A DNA stretch of 64,000 bases from Sedimentisphaerales bacterium (lineage in GTDB: Bacteria > Planctomycetota > Phycisphaerae > Sedimentisphaerales > Anaerobacaceae). Shown in pieces: positions 9,525-20,297 of this stretch (position 1 is its first letter; every line of letters starts with the position of its first letter). The stretch spans positions 2,624,001-2,688,000 of the forward strand of contig OY970194.1 in assembly GCA_963708075.1 (NCBI GenBank), given 5' to 3'. Below the pieces are notes generated by a model. That model saw only the letters and a list, made by a program, of their open reading frames with translations. It was not told the DNA's origin and did not search any database. The translations under genes and the position numbers were made by a program.

Positions 9525-10604
9525 ATGCGTATCGGATACACGCTGGTTCCGGCTTTGGTCTATCTCGCGGCAATGGCGGCCTTCACGGTGGCGTTTCTCG
9601 TCGATTGGATTCGCAGCTTCGAGCAGATTCGCAGGTACTGGAGGCATGCTGTCACCGCCGGAGCGATCCTGGTCAGCCTCAACTTTCTAATGATCGCCGG
9701 CGCGCCCGGCGGTTGGAACTTCCTGCGAATCATCAGTTTCGTGTCGTTGCCTCTGCTGTTCGTGAGGACCGTCGGCTTCGCCATGCTGGGAATGCACTAC
9801 TGCGCCAGGCTCGGGTATCCGGGTTTCCGCCTGCTGTCATCAGAACCCGCCACGGAAGAACCAGCGATAACCGACGCTCCGCTGCCGACTGTCGAGGGTA
9901 CAGGTTCGCAAATGGACGCCATCGCAGCCGAGCAATGCCTGTCCCCCGCTGAAATTCCGCCAGAACCGATGCCGCCGATTGATGTCCCTGTCCTGCAAGC
10001 AGACGCTCCCATTCTGCAGGTGGATGTGCCCATGCCACAGGACGCAAGTCCCCTTCCGGAGGTGGATATTCCTGTGCTGCAGGCGGATGTTCCCGCCGGA
10101 CAAGGCGTTGTGAGCAGCCCTTCTGTCGTATTGAACTTGCGGGATTACGCGTGGGACATCCTGCTGGTTGTGGCCGGCTCCGTGGTCTATTCCGCCCTGT
10201 TATTCCTCTTTACGAGGCCGCACATCACGGAGATGGTTCAGCGGGCCTTTGCCGTCAGAGAGAGTTCCGATGCCGGCAGGTACACTCCGCTCGCCATTCT
10301 GCTGGTCCTGGCCTTTGCATTCGGCGAGGAGATATTCTTCCGTCTCGGCATCCAGAATTTTCTCGCGCTGTATCTGAAATGGCAGGGAAACCGGTACTGG
10401 GCGGCCATCGCCGCGACCTCGCTTCTCTGGACGATTGGTCATGCGGGCGTGCTGGACCCCGACTGGGTGAAATTCGCCCAGATTTTTCCGGCGGGACTGA
10501 TGCTTGGCTGGCTGTTCCGCAGGCACGGCGTGGAGGCCTGCATACTCGCCCACGGCCTCTTCAACATCGTCATGATCGGCCTGTCTTCCATCCTGCTGAC
10601 GTGA
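9525..10604 (+). CDS. CPBP (CAAX/Abi) intramembrane metalloprotease with an acidic Pro-rich insert
   Basis: EEIFFR, WTIGH and AHGLFN motifs; multiple TM helices. Confidence 0.85.
   Translation: MRIGYTLVPALVYLAAMAAFTVAFLVDWIRSFEQIRRYWRHAVTAGAILVSLNFLMIAGAPGGWNFLRIISFVSLPLLFVRTVGFAMLGMHYCARLGYPGFRLLSSEPATEEPAITDAPLPTVEGTGSQMDAIAAEQCLSPAEIPPEPMPPIDVPVLQADAPILQVDVPMPQDASPLPEVDIPVLQADVPAGQGVVSSPSVVLNLRDYAWDILLVVAGSVVYSALLFLFTRPHITEMVQRAFAVRESSDAGRYTPLAILLVLAFAFGEEIFFRLGIQNFLALYLKWQGNRYWAAIAATSLLWTIGHAGVLDPDWVKFAQIFPAGLMLGWLFRRHGVEACILAHGLFNIVMIGLSSILLT
9981..10094 (+). repeat. Degenerate 21-bp coding tandem repeat (about 5.5 x DVPVLQA)
   Basis: DVPVLQA DAPILQV DVPMPQD ASPLPEV DIPVLQA DVP in exact 7-codon register. 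Confidence 0.8.
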
Positions 10605-10758
10605 ACGCGCGAGGGATTTTACACATCTTTTACCGTTCTTCGCCTTGATTCACACGGACGCCCCTGCCACAATATCTGATGTCTCGAGTTTGCCGCGCGA
10701 TTCGTTGAATCGCCCGCAACGACATCAGAATACCTGCTATCAAAGAAGGGAGAACACA

Positions 10759-12276
10759 ATGAATCTGAAAAGGTGCTGCGAGATCGCCATCATGACCGTG
10801 CTTGCCTTGAATCTGGCCGTGACGGCGCAACCGTCTCTGACGATTTACAACCAGGACTTCGCCGTGGTGCGCCAGCCGCTGTCGCTCGACCTGCAGCGGG
10901 GAACCAACGAGCTGCGCGTGACGGATATCACGGCGCACATGGAAGCGGACTCCGTGATCCTGCGCGACCCGACAGGAAAACGGGCGCTCCAGATTCTCGA
11001 ACAGAACTACCGGGCCGATCCTGTCTCCCAGGGCCTGCTGCTGTCGCTCTACGAAGGCAAGGAGATCCAGTTCCTCGTCAGAAGACAGGACAAGGACGAG
11101 ATCATTCGCGGCCGGATCATCCGCAGCGGCTATCAGCCCCATCAGTCCGGCATGCAGCGCTACGGCCAGCAGTACGTCATGCAGCAGCAAGCCTTCGCAT
11201 ACGGGCCGGCCGGCCAGCCGATCATCGAGGTGGAAGGCACGCTGCGTTTCAACTTGCCGGGCGAGCCGCTGTTCCCCGCCCTGGCCGACGACACCATTCT
11301 CAAGCCGACGCTCCACTGGGTGCTCGAAACAGACAAGGCCGGCAAGCTTGACGCCGAGCTCAGCTACGTCACCGGCGGCATGAGCTGGGAGGCCGACTAC
11401 AGCATGCTCGCCCAGACCCAGGGCGACGCCATCGACGTCATCGGCTGGGTCACGATGGACAACCAGAGCGGCAGGACCTTCGAGAATGCCCGCATCAAGC
11501 TCATGGCCGGCGACGTCAGCAAGATCCAGCCGGAAGAGCGCCGGGAGGCGTATGCCTACAATCAGTCGGAGTTGCGAGGCAGGGGTGGACCGCTTCCCGT
11601 GTCCGAGAAGGCCTTCGAGGAGTACCATCTCTACACGCTGGCCCGCTCGACGACACTCCACGACCGCGAGACCAAGCAGGTCGAGTTCCTGCGGGCCGAC
11701 GGCGTCCAGGCCCAGCGGCTCTACGTCTATGACGGCGTGAAGATCGACATCAACCGCTATCGCGGCTATCCCTCGGAGAGCCTCCGCAATGAGCGCGACT
11801 ACGGCACGCAGTCCAATCCCAAAGTCTGGGTGATGAAGGAATTCAAGAACTCCAAGGAGAATCACCTCGGGATTCCGCTGCCTCGCGGCCGCGTGCGATT
11901 CTATCGTCGGGATGACGACGGACAACTGGAATTCACCGGCGAGAACCTCATCGATCACACGCCTCGGGATGAGACTGTCCGCGTCTACACCGGTGACGCC
12001 TTCGACCTCGTCGGAGAGCGGCGCAGGACCGATTATCGCATCGACACGGAGCATGACTGGCTCGATGAATCCTTCGAGATCAAGTTGCGTAATCGCAAGG
12101 AGGAAGGTGCCGTGGAGATCCGCGTCGTCGAACATCTCTACCGCTGGATCAACTGGGAGATCATCCAGAAATCCGACCCGTTCGCCAAGACAGACAGCCA
12201 GACCATCGAGTTCCGCGTCCAGGTCCCCGCCGGCGAGGAGAAGGTCGTCACATACAAAGTCCATTACACGTGGTAA
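10759..12276 (+). CDS. Secreted DUF4139 domain protein
   Basis: Signal peptide; LTIYNQDFAVVR, ILEQNY, LSYVTGGMSWEADY, EYHLYTL, LGIPLPRGRVR. Confidence 0.85.
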   Translation: MNLKRCCEIAIMTVLALNLAVTAQPSLTIYNQDFAVVRQPLSLDLQRGTNELRVTDITAHMEADSVILRDPTGKRALQILEQNYRADPVSQGLLLSLYEGKEIQFLVRRQDKDEIIRGRIIRSGYQPHQSGMQRYGQQYVMQQQAFAYGPAGQPIIEVEGTLRFNLPGEPLFPALADDTILKPTLHWVLETDKAGKLDAELSYVTGGMSWEADYSMLAQTQGDAIDVIGWVTMDNQSGRTFENARIKLMAGDVSKIQPEERREAYAYNQSELRGRGGPLPVSEKAFEEYHLYTLARSTTLHDRETKQVEFLRADGVQAQRLYVYDGVKIDINRYRGYPSESLRNERDYGTQSNPKVWVMKEFKNSKENHLGIPLPRGRVRFYRRDDDGQLEFTGENLIDHTPRDETVRVYTGDAFDLVGERRRTDYRIDTEHDWLDESFEIKLRNRKEEGAVEIRVVEHLYRWINWEIIQKSDPFAKTDSQTIEFRVQVPAGEEKVVTYKVHYTW

Positions 12277-12411
12277 GCCCGCACACGGTCACTGCCTGAG
12301 GCGGGAGTCGCAGAACTGCAACAGGACCTTGCAGGTTGACACCCGAAGTGTATACTACCGGGCAGACGAAGGCACATGCGCGTGGATTCTCGAGATGAAG
12401 GAGTTATCACA

Positions 12412-13207
12412 ATGTCTCAACAGCATCGTGTTCCCAAATGGATTCTCTGTCTTTCGGTCGTGATGGTCGGCGCCGGTCTATGCGGATGCAGCAGCTACAC
12501 TGTCCCCGGTCGCGGCGCCAGCATCGACCTGATGTCGGCGAGCGGCTCGGCAACATCGAGCCTGACGCCCGGCAATGATCCTTCTGCCCAGAGTAGCGGC
12601 GGGGACATCGAGATCACGCGTAGAAGAGCTACGGCCTCTTTCCCTGCGCATATTGTCGTTGTACGAATCCAGGAGCCTGGGTACAAGTCCATGACGAACG
12701 AGGGCGTTGGTGGCGGCAGATACAGTGTGATTGCGGTGCGCGACATCGAGAACCGACGAGGACTTCGAGCGTTTGAACCGGTTGCCCTCCGTAGCGGAAA
12801 TTGCGCCGCTGAGCCGTCTGCTTCTGCCGAGCGTATTCGAATCCGACAAGGAACTCCGCCAGGCGGCGGCACGAGTCCAGGCGGACATGCTGTTAGTGTA
12901 TACAGTGGACACGTCATTCCTCGATACGGACAAGTCCTCCGTGCTTGGCGTGGTTACCCTTGGTTTCGGCCCCACAATAGACGTGCGCGTGGTCACAACA
13001 GTCTCGGCTCTCCTGCTTGACACACAGACTGGTTACGTGTACGGGACCATCGAGGAAACCGCACGAGAGCAGACAACGACAGCAGCACTGAGCACCAAGA
13101 ACACATGTGATATGCTCAGACTGAAAACCGAGCGCCGGGCGTTTGAGAGCTTTCTTTCCGAGATGGAGACGGTCTGGCCGAGAATCGTCGAGAGCCAGAA
13201 GAAGTGA
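12412..13207 (+). CDS. Hypothetical lipoprotein, split by a +1 frameshift at 12748-12754
   Basis: SD AAGGAG; lipobox LCGC; deleting one A gives RDIETDEDFERL joining the two ORFs. Confidence 0.7.
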
Positions 13208-13309
13208 CGGGCGACGCTGCCGTGGTCGGCCGGACGTGTGGGTGACAGATCCTTGCAGAAGATTCCGAATCTGCATAAGTGCCGGATAGGCAGTAGGAGA
13301 TATCGCCCG

Positions 13310-14590
13310 ATGCAAAAGATTTCAAGACGACAAGTACTCGGGTTTACGACGGCAGCGGTTGCGATGCCTCACATTATCCCCTCGACGATCATGGCAGGCA
13401 GCGGGACCACGCCGAGCACGCGAATCACGATGGGGGCGATCGGGCAGGGGAACCAGGGACTGCATAATCTCAAGAGCTTCCTCACGTTCGACGATGTGCG
13501 GGTGCTGGCCGTTTGCGACGTGGATCGCGGTCATCTGCAACGAGCGAAGGAGTTAGTGGACGCCGCGTATGGCAACAAGGATTGTGCTACGCATAGTGAT
13601 TTTCGCGATGTCCTTGCGCAGGGACATCGATACAGTCCTGATCGCCACGCCGGACCATTGGCACGCAATCCTTTCTATCGAGGCAGCCAAAGCCGGCAAG
13701 GACATCTACTGCGAAAAGCCGATCTCGCTGACCGTCGCAGAGGGCCGGGCTGTCGCCGACACGATGAAACGATACGGCACGGTCTACCAGAGCGGCACGC
13801 AGCGCCGGAGCATCGCCTGTTTTCGCTTCGGCGTGGACATCGCCCGCAGCGGCATGCTCGGCAAGTTGCATACGTTGCACTGCTATTATCATAACGGTCC
13901 AACGTGTCCGCCGCAGCCTGTGCAGCCCATACCCGATGGATTCGACTATGATATGTGGCTCGGCCCCGCGCCGTTCGAGCCCTACACGGTCCGGCGATGT
14001 CACGGCAGCTTTCGGTGGATCTACGACTACTCCGGCGGGCAACTGACCGACCTTGGGCGCATTTCGCGGACCTGGCCCAGTGGGCGCACGGCATCGAGGA
14101 CACGAGCCCGACACATTATGAGGGCTGGGCCGAGTTCCCCAAAGATGGGCTGTGGAACACGCCCGTGCGGTTCGAAGTCACCGCCACGTATGCCGACGGC
14201 GTGAAGATGATCATGCACGACGAGACGGAGCCCGGCCGCGGACCGCGAGGCAACAAGTACGTGGGCAGCGACGGCTGGGTCAGCGTTGACGATACCGGCA
14301 AGGTCACCGCCTCCGACCCCGCCATTCTGCGAAAGCTCAGCGCCGCCCAGCAGGGCTACGAGTACATGGAAGGCCACCACCGCGACTTCCTGACCGCTGT
14401 ACGAACGCGGGGCCGTACCATCGCCTCGCCCGAGGTCGCTCACCGCTCGACCACGACCTGTCACATCGCCAACATCTGCCTGCGTCTGGGTCGAAAGCTC
14501 CAGTGGGACCCCGCCGCCGAGCGATTCGTCAACGACCCCGAAGCCGACCGTATGCTCGCCCGCGCCGCGCGAAGCCCCTGGCGACTGTAG
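13310..14590 (+). CDS. Tat-exported Gfo/Idh/MocA oxidoreductase, two frameshifts (near 13618 and near 14057)
   Basis: SRRQVL Tat motif, IGQGNQG, AVCDVD, IATPDHWH, YCEKP, YDMWLGPAP, D(LGA)HFAD across three frames. Confidence 0.9.
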
Positions 14591-14671
14591 CAGCCCTCGC
14601 GGGTACACTGGTACGTCGAGTCCCTACGACTCTCTCATCCCGTGGACCGCGCTCAGCACGGATGCCCCGCC

Positions 14672-14765
14672 GGGTGGCAGCGGCGAGCGGAGCCTGCGGA
14701 GCTTGCCGATGGTGCTGGGCTGCATCCAAGATGCCATCGGCAAACTGCGCTTGCCGCTGCCACCC
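14672..14765. repeat. REP-doublet-like long imperfect palindrome
   Basis: GGGTGGCAGCGGCGAGCG ... CGCTTGCCGCTGCCACCC outer arms; TTGCCGATGG/CCATCGGCAA inner arms. Confidence 0.75.
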
Positions 14766-14862
14766 AACTGCATGACGATTTTCAGAATCCAAGGGTGTGG
14801 AAAAGCATGGGGCTTGTGCGTCATAATGGGTGTCCGGACCGCTTAAGCGTACGAGTGGATAG

Positions 14863-15426
14863 ATGGAAATACCGTCAGATAGAGTACTTGTCAGGAAGTT
14901 CAAAGGGGGCGACCCCGAGGCGCTGCTGGCCATTTATCAGCGATACAGGGACTACCTCCTGAGCGTCGCCATGGCGATGGTCTGCGACATGGGCCGGGCC
15001 GAGGACGCCGTGCATGATGTCTTCGTGTCCCTGGCCCAGAAGCGACAGGAATTCCGATTCCGCGGCAACCTCAAGGCCTGCCTGGCGGTTTCCGTGGTGA
15101 ATCGGACGCGGGACCTGCTCCGGCGGCAGAGCGTTCGGGCCGCGGCGCCGCTCGATCCTGAGGCCCATATCGTCTCGGAATCGCCCGCCCCGGAACAGAT
15201 CGCCATGCTCAACGAGCAGTGCCGCCGACTGGCCGTAGCACTGGGACAGCTTCCAGAGGCACAGCGGGAGGTGCTCGTCCTTCGCCACAAGTGCGGCCTG
15301 CCGTTGCGAGAGATCGCCAGAGTGCAGCAGACCGGCATAAGCACGGTCCACGCCCGCTATCGTTACGGTTTGAACACCCTACGGGCACTGATGAACGGAG
15401 AACTCGACGATGAAACCGGTCGATAA
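14863..15426 (+). CDS. ECF RNA polymerase sigma-70 factor
   Basis: AEDAVHDVF (region 2); LGQLPEAQREVLVLR..GLPLREIA..STVHAR (region 4); overlaps the next gene. Confidence 0.92.
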   Translation: MEIPSDRVLVRKFKGGDPEALLAIYQRYRDYLLSVAMAMVCDMGRAEDAVHDVFVSLAQKRQEFRFRGNLKACLAVSVVNRTRDLLRRQSVRAAAPLDPEAHIVSESPAPEQIAMLNEQCRRLAVALGQLPEAQREVLVLRHKCGLPLREIARVQQTGISTVHARYRYGLNTLRALMNGELDDETGR

Positions 15427-17197
15427 GATAGCCAGAGCCATCTCGCAATTCGAGGTGCAGGCGCTGCCCCGCCTCGACGAGCGTGTCCGCGAGCACGTAT
15501 ATGAGGCATTCGCCGATTCCACCGCGGCACCTGCAGCACAAGTGAGAACACGTCGATGGCGGCTCGTGGTGCGCAATCGAATCGCGCAGCTTGCCGCCGC
15601 GGCTGTGATCGTCGTGGGGATGCTGCTGGGTCTGCACCTGTGGAATCCCCTGAGAGCGGAAGTGTACGCCGTCGGGCAGACTGTGGAGGCGTTGCGCAAG
15701 ATCGAGACCGTACATGCCTTCTGCACCGACTGGGAGGGCCACAAATTCGAGATGTGGATGCGGCCCGACCCCGCCACGGGCGCCAACGACTTCATCTGCC
15801 TGACTGAGGCGGAGCGGGACTACGTTGTGATTTCCACGCCGCGCGTGTCGTACTACTATTATCCGGGGCGCAACATGGTCCGCATCGTCCGGGGCCAGCT
15901 CATCACCAGCGACCTGGACCTGGCCAAGACGATTGAGTCGCTGACGAAGGAGGCCAACAACGAGGGGGACTCGGTCGAGATCGGCCGGAAGGTCACCGAC
16001 CGCTACGGCAGTGTCATCACGATCCATCGGGCAGGTCCTTCCGCGGAGTATGAGGCGTGGATCGATCCTGAGACCAAACTGCTGCTGGGTCTGGAGTACA
16101 CGCGGTCCGGCAACCCGGGAGAGATTACCAAGAGCATGGACGAGATCCGCTACAACGAGCCGGTCCCGGACCAGTGGCTTAACTTTCAGTGCCCCGACAA
16201 TGCGGTGATCCGGCCGGAGAAATGGGGTGATCTCGATGACCCGAAGTACGGCATCGACGTGACGGGCCTGAGCGATGAAGAGGCCTGCCGGGAGATCCTG
16301 ACGCAGTTGTTCGAGGCCATCAACGCCCCGAACCTGGATCAAATACGCAAGCTCGTTCCGGTCGCCAATCAATGGGACGATCAGGCTCTTATTGCAGGTT
16401 TCCAGGGGGTCACCGGGAGCGTGTGGGATGATCCCAAGCCCGGGGTGGCGGCGTACGAGATCGGAGCGCCTTACGAGGACAGGGCCTGCCCGCTGGGTCT
16501 GCTCGTGCCGTGTACGCTCACGGACCATAACGCGCAGCGATTCGTAATCGATTTGATCGTTCGATTCCGCCAGACAGAGGGGCAACGCACGTGCGTCGTC
16601 GTGTTCGCCTGGAGCGGCATCAAGCCTCGCCTGGGAGCGATGCACCAGCGGCGACCATGGAGAGCACCCGACTCCCCGTTCGAGGGGCCGATGGATGCCG
16701 TGCTGCCCACGTCGCAATCGGTCCTCCTGATCCTCCCGACCAATGAGGTGGATGAGATCGCCGAGCGGAAGATTCATGCCAGCGTGCGTGACATGCAGAA
16801 ACTGATGACAGAGAAATTGCCCCAATGCGAAGTGAAGATCCTGACGGACGTTGAGGCCCTGCAGGCGGACCTGTCGGGCAGCTCCTTGAGGGTGTACGGC
16901 ACTCTGCAAGGCAACCTCTGGCTGGCGAAGCATGTTGCCCTGCCGGTCGTGATCGAACCCAACAGCATCACGGCCGACCGCATCTATGAGGGCTCGGACC
17001 TGCGGTTCATCAGCGCCTGGCCCAACCCGCAGAACCCGAACAGAGGCATGATCATCTACACCGCCCAACGGGCTGAGGACGTCGCCTACATCAACAGCAT
17101 CATGCACGGACCGACCGATTACCTCGTGGCCCAGGGCCGGAACATCGTTCACTCTGCAAACTACGTCAAGAAAAAGGGCCAATGGACACTCCAGTGA
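15410..17197 (+). CDS. Putative anti-sigma factor, single TM, large extracytoplasmic part
   Basis: Coupled to the ECF gene; short cytoplasmic N-terminus, LAAAAVIVVGMLLGL TM; LolA-like WIDPETKLL segment; C-terminal domain duplicated in the next gene. Confidence 0.75.
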   Translation: MKPVDKIARAISQFEVQALPRLDERVREHVYEAFADSTAAPAAQVRTRRWRLVVRNRIAQLAAAAVIVVGMLLGLHLWNPLRAEVYAVGQTVEALRKIETVHAFCTDWEGHKFEMWMRPDPATGANDFICLTEAERDYVVISTPRVSYYYYPGRNMVRIVRGQLITSDLDLAKTIESLTKEANNEGDSVEIGRKVTDRYGSVITIHRAGPSAEYEAWIDPETKLLLGLEYTRSGNPGEITKSMDEIRYNEPVPDQWLNFQCPDNAVIRPEKWGDLDDPKYGIDVTGLSDEEACREILTQLFEAINAPNLDQIRKLVPVANQWDDQALIAGFQGVTGSVWDDPKPGVAAYEIGAPYEDRACPLGLLVPCTLTDHNAQRFVIDLIVRFRQTEGQRTCVVVFAWSGIKPRLGAMHQRRPWRAPDSPFEGPMDAVLPTSQSVLLILPTNEVDEIAERKIHASVRDMQKLMTEKLPQCEVKILTDVEALQADLSGSSLRVYGTLQGNLWLAKHVALPVVIEPNSITADRIYEGSDLRFISAWPNPQNPNRGMIIYTAQRAEDVAYINSIMHGPTDYLVAQGRNIVHSANYVKKKGQWTLQ

Positions 17198-17865
17198 CTG
17201 CAACTGGGCGTTGAATTGCGGATATTGGGGGAATCTAATCGATGGTTGAGGACATGGACATGAGGAAGAATGGCATCGCATGTATCACCCTGCTGGGCCT
17301 TTGTTTAGCGAGCTCGTGCCACCCACAACCGTCGAAAGTGTCCGACCCGCTGTTCCAAGGACCGATCAACGGCGCGGGGGCCACGTCACAGTCGACCGTG
17401 CTGATCATCCCGACAAACGAGACAGACAAGGCCGCCGAGCAGAAGATCCATGATTATGTTCGCGGTGTACAGAAGTTCATCGCGGGGAAATCTCCCGGCC
17501 GTGAGGTGAAGGTCTTGACGGACGCCGAAGCCTTGCAGATGGACCTCTCACAAAGCGAGGTGAGCGTGTACGGGACGCCGCGGGGAAACCTCTGGCTCGC
17601 GAAATACATCACCGCCCTTCCGGTCGTGATTGAACCCAATGGCATCACCGCCGAACGCCTGTACGAAGGCTCGAACCTGCGATTCATCAGCGCGTGGCCC
17701 CATCCCAAGAACGGCAAGCTGGGCATGGTCATCTATACCGCTCAGCGGGCCGAGGATGTGGTCGGCGTGAACAGCATCTTGCACGGGCCGACCGACTACC
17801 TCGTGGCCCAGGGCCAGACCATCGTGCGCGCCGCGAATTACGTCAATAAAGAAGGCCAATGGGCT
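16670..17865 (+). repeat. Diverged ~520-bp direct duplication (about 16670-17195 vs 17345-17865) shared by anti-sigma C-terminus and S41 protease N-terminus
   Basis: Shared peptides PTNE, LTDxEALQxDLS, VYGT, GNLWLAK, LPVVIEPN, YEGSxLRFISAWP, IYTAQRAEDV, HGPTDYLVAQG, ANYV, GQW. Confidence 0.92.
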
Positions 17866-19222
17866 TTCCCGTCTTTCCAACTGGGGTTGGCTCAGGCGAC
17901 GGATGACCTGGACTTCCTGTTCAAGACTATCGAGCAGGTTCACCCGGACTGCCGGGCCAACATGTCGAAGGCCGACTACAAGGCACTCAAGGAACGTTCT
18001 CATGCGGCGTTGGGGCAGGCCAGCGATGACAAGGGCCGAGTCCCGATCCGCGTGTTGGCCCTGACCGCTGCCGAGGCCGCAGCAGCCATCGGCGACGGGC
18101 ACACCGCCTGTCATCTTCCCCCGGACTTGGCCGATGCCGGCGATCCATCGCCCTGCATGCCCCCCTTCCGGCTTCGCTGGGATGCGGGGTACGTCGTGAT
18201 CGATAAGACCGTCGGCGGGCTTGAACATCTTGCAGGCGCCCAGTTGCTCCAGATCAACGACCAGCCGTTCGAGCAGGCCATCGCGCCAATTCTGGCCCGG
18301 GTTTCCGGCGAACGGCAGGAATTCCGGATGATTTGTTTCCTTAATCAGCAGGAGGACTATTGGGCATTGGTGCGGCCCGTGCAAGGCGAGGGGATGACCA
18401 CCACAATCCGCCGGGGCACGGACGAGCCGCAGACCATCAAAGTGCCCTTGATCTCCCAAGCGCGGTACAGGCAGGAGCTGCCCATGGTCCGCCACGTCTA
18501 TCCCACGGGCTCTCACGAGTTTCATCACGACGGCCGGACCTGCTACTGGCGGTATGACAGCTTCCAGCTCTCCGATGCGGCAAAGAAAGAGATCGACGCC
18601 GTGTTCAAGGATATCCGCGAGCACAACGCTCGCAACCTCATCATCGACCTGCGCTTCAATGGCGGCGGCAACTCGCAAGTGGGCGAGTACATCCTGGACT
18701 ATCTTACGAGCAAGCCCTACCGCTTCTTTTCTCGCGGCAGCGTGAAGGTTCTCAAAGCAACTCCCCCAAAGGGAGCAACTCGGCATTCTCAGCCCTATTG
18801 CGAGACTTTTCCAGGGGCACGTCGTCACCATGAAGATATCCCCGCGACAGCCTCGGGACATGGAATACAAATTCGACGGCTCCATCTACGCAATCATCGG
18901 ACCGGGTACCTTCTCCACGGCTTCCGGGTTCGCCCACGTCCTCAAGGATTACCACATCGGCACGCTCGTGGGCGAAGAGACGGGCGGCCTGCGCCTGTGC
19001 TTCGGCAACTGCCCCACCTTCCACATGCCGCACAGCAATCTCCCCTTCAACGTCTCCACCGCGCGGTACTACGCTCCCATCCCTAAGCCCGACGACGCCA
19101 CCCACGGCTCCCTTCCCGACATCCCCATCACCGACGACCAGCTCGTCCGCTTTACAGATGACAAGGACCCGCAAATCGCCTTTCTTCTCGACCTGATCGA
19201 AAAGCAATCGGCGGCAAAATAA
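17260..19222 (+). CDS. S41-family (tail-specific) peptidase lipoprotein, +1 frameshift at 18747-18753
   Basis: Lipobox ASSC; DLDFLFKTIEQVHP, IGDGHT, IIDLRFNGGGNS, GTFSTA, LVGEETGG; exact start uncertain (17242/17254/17260). Confidence 0.85.
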
Positions 19223-19371
19223 GACTTGGTGCGTGCCGCAGCCTTGGCCCGCTATGGACTCTCAGGGCTCCGAACTCCGGGTGCCATGCACGCGCACGCG
19301 TGACTACGCCCTAACCACCCTGCCAGATATGTCTATGCAGACGCACGTCCGGTGGGCGCGCGACCTGTGCG

Positions 19372-20133
19372 TCATTTTGTCTCGGGCTTCTTGCCGGCGG
19401 GTTTCGGTTGGGCGTCCTGGGGCTTGTCGAGAACTTTGATGCGAGCGTTGCGGATCTGGACATGCTCGGCACCGGTGCTGAGCTCCTGGAAGCCGATGTG
19501 TCCCTTTCGCGGCCGGTCCTTGACTTTCGGGCAGGGCTGACCATTATGCCGCAGCACCAGCTGGTTCTGCTCGTCCAGGTTCAAGTCGTGGATCACCACG
19601 GCGTTCAGCGTGACATGCAGCTTGTTCCCGTTGAGCGTCACCACGTAGCTGTTCCACTCCGTCGGCTTGTACACCTGCTTGAGCGGCGCGATCGCCCGGT
19701 AGATACCGCCGGCCAACTCGGAGTCCTTGGCCTGCGGGTTATAGCGGTAGTCCGCCATCTGCAGCTCCATCCCGTCGAAGGCGGGATCGCCGAACAGCGG
19801 CGCCCGTAGCGCACAGCCGCTGTTGCCGGTCGGGCCAAGCTTGAAGTCGAACTTCAGGATGAAATCGCCATATTCCTGCTTGCTGAGCAGCCAGGTCCCT
19901 CGCGGCTCGCCGCCCTGGAGAATCCCGTCCTTTACGACCCACTTCACTGCCGGATCGGCCGGCTTGTTCACATCGTCCCACGCCCGCACCAGCCAGCCCT
20001 GGGGCGTGCCATCCTGTGGGAACAGCCGCACGAAACCTTCCTCCTTCTCCTTTACCTCGGCCGCCGACACAATCGCCCCCGCCACAAGCACCACCGCTGC
20101 TGCCACACACCACAATCGAACGTTCGTTCTCAT
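19372..20133 (-). CDS. DUF1080 / 3-keto-disaccharide hydrolase family secreted protein
   Basis: Signal peptide; WVVKDGIL, YGDFILKFDFK, GNSG, ELQMAD, EWN, GHIGFQ, RNARIK. Confidence 0.88.
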   Translation of the reverse strand: MRTNVRLWCVAAAVVLVAGAIVSAAEVKEKEEGFVRLFPQDGTPQGWLVRAWDDVNKPADPAVKWVVKDGILQGGEPRGTWLLSKQEYGDFILKFDFKLGPTGNSGCALRAPLFGDPAFDGMELQMADYRYNPQAKDSELAGGIYRAIAPLKQVYKPTEWNSYVVTLNGNKLHVTLNAVVIHDLNLDEQNQLVLRHNGQPCPKVKDRPRKGHIGFQELSTGAEHVQIRNARIKVLDKPQDAQPKPAGKKPETK

Positions 20134-20297
20134 CGTTCAACCTCCACAATCTCATTTTCCATGTACGAATCCATCAACAGCCAATCCCTGGCACAATGAT
20201 GGGCAATATTCTACAGCCGAACAGATGTGCACGCAATTGCCGCTTGACAGCCATCGTAAGATGGGCTTCAGCCCATGCTGCTCTCCCAGAAGGCGAA

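Noticed and set aside
9525..10604. CPBP/Abi protease as an abortive-infection defence gene
   Set aside because: The Abi label for this family is historical; no defence context here
13310..14590. Programmed frameshifting or true pseudogenisation of the split genes
   Set aside because: No slippery heptamers; no other decay such as nonsense codons; pattern fits sequencing indels, though this is unproven without reads
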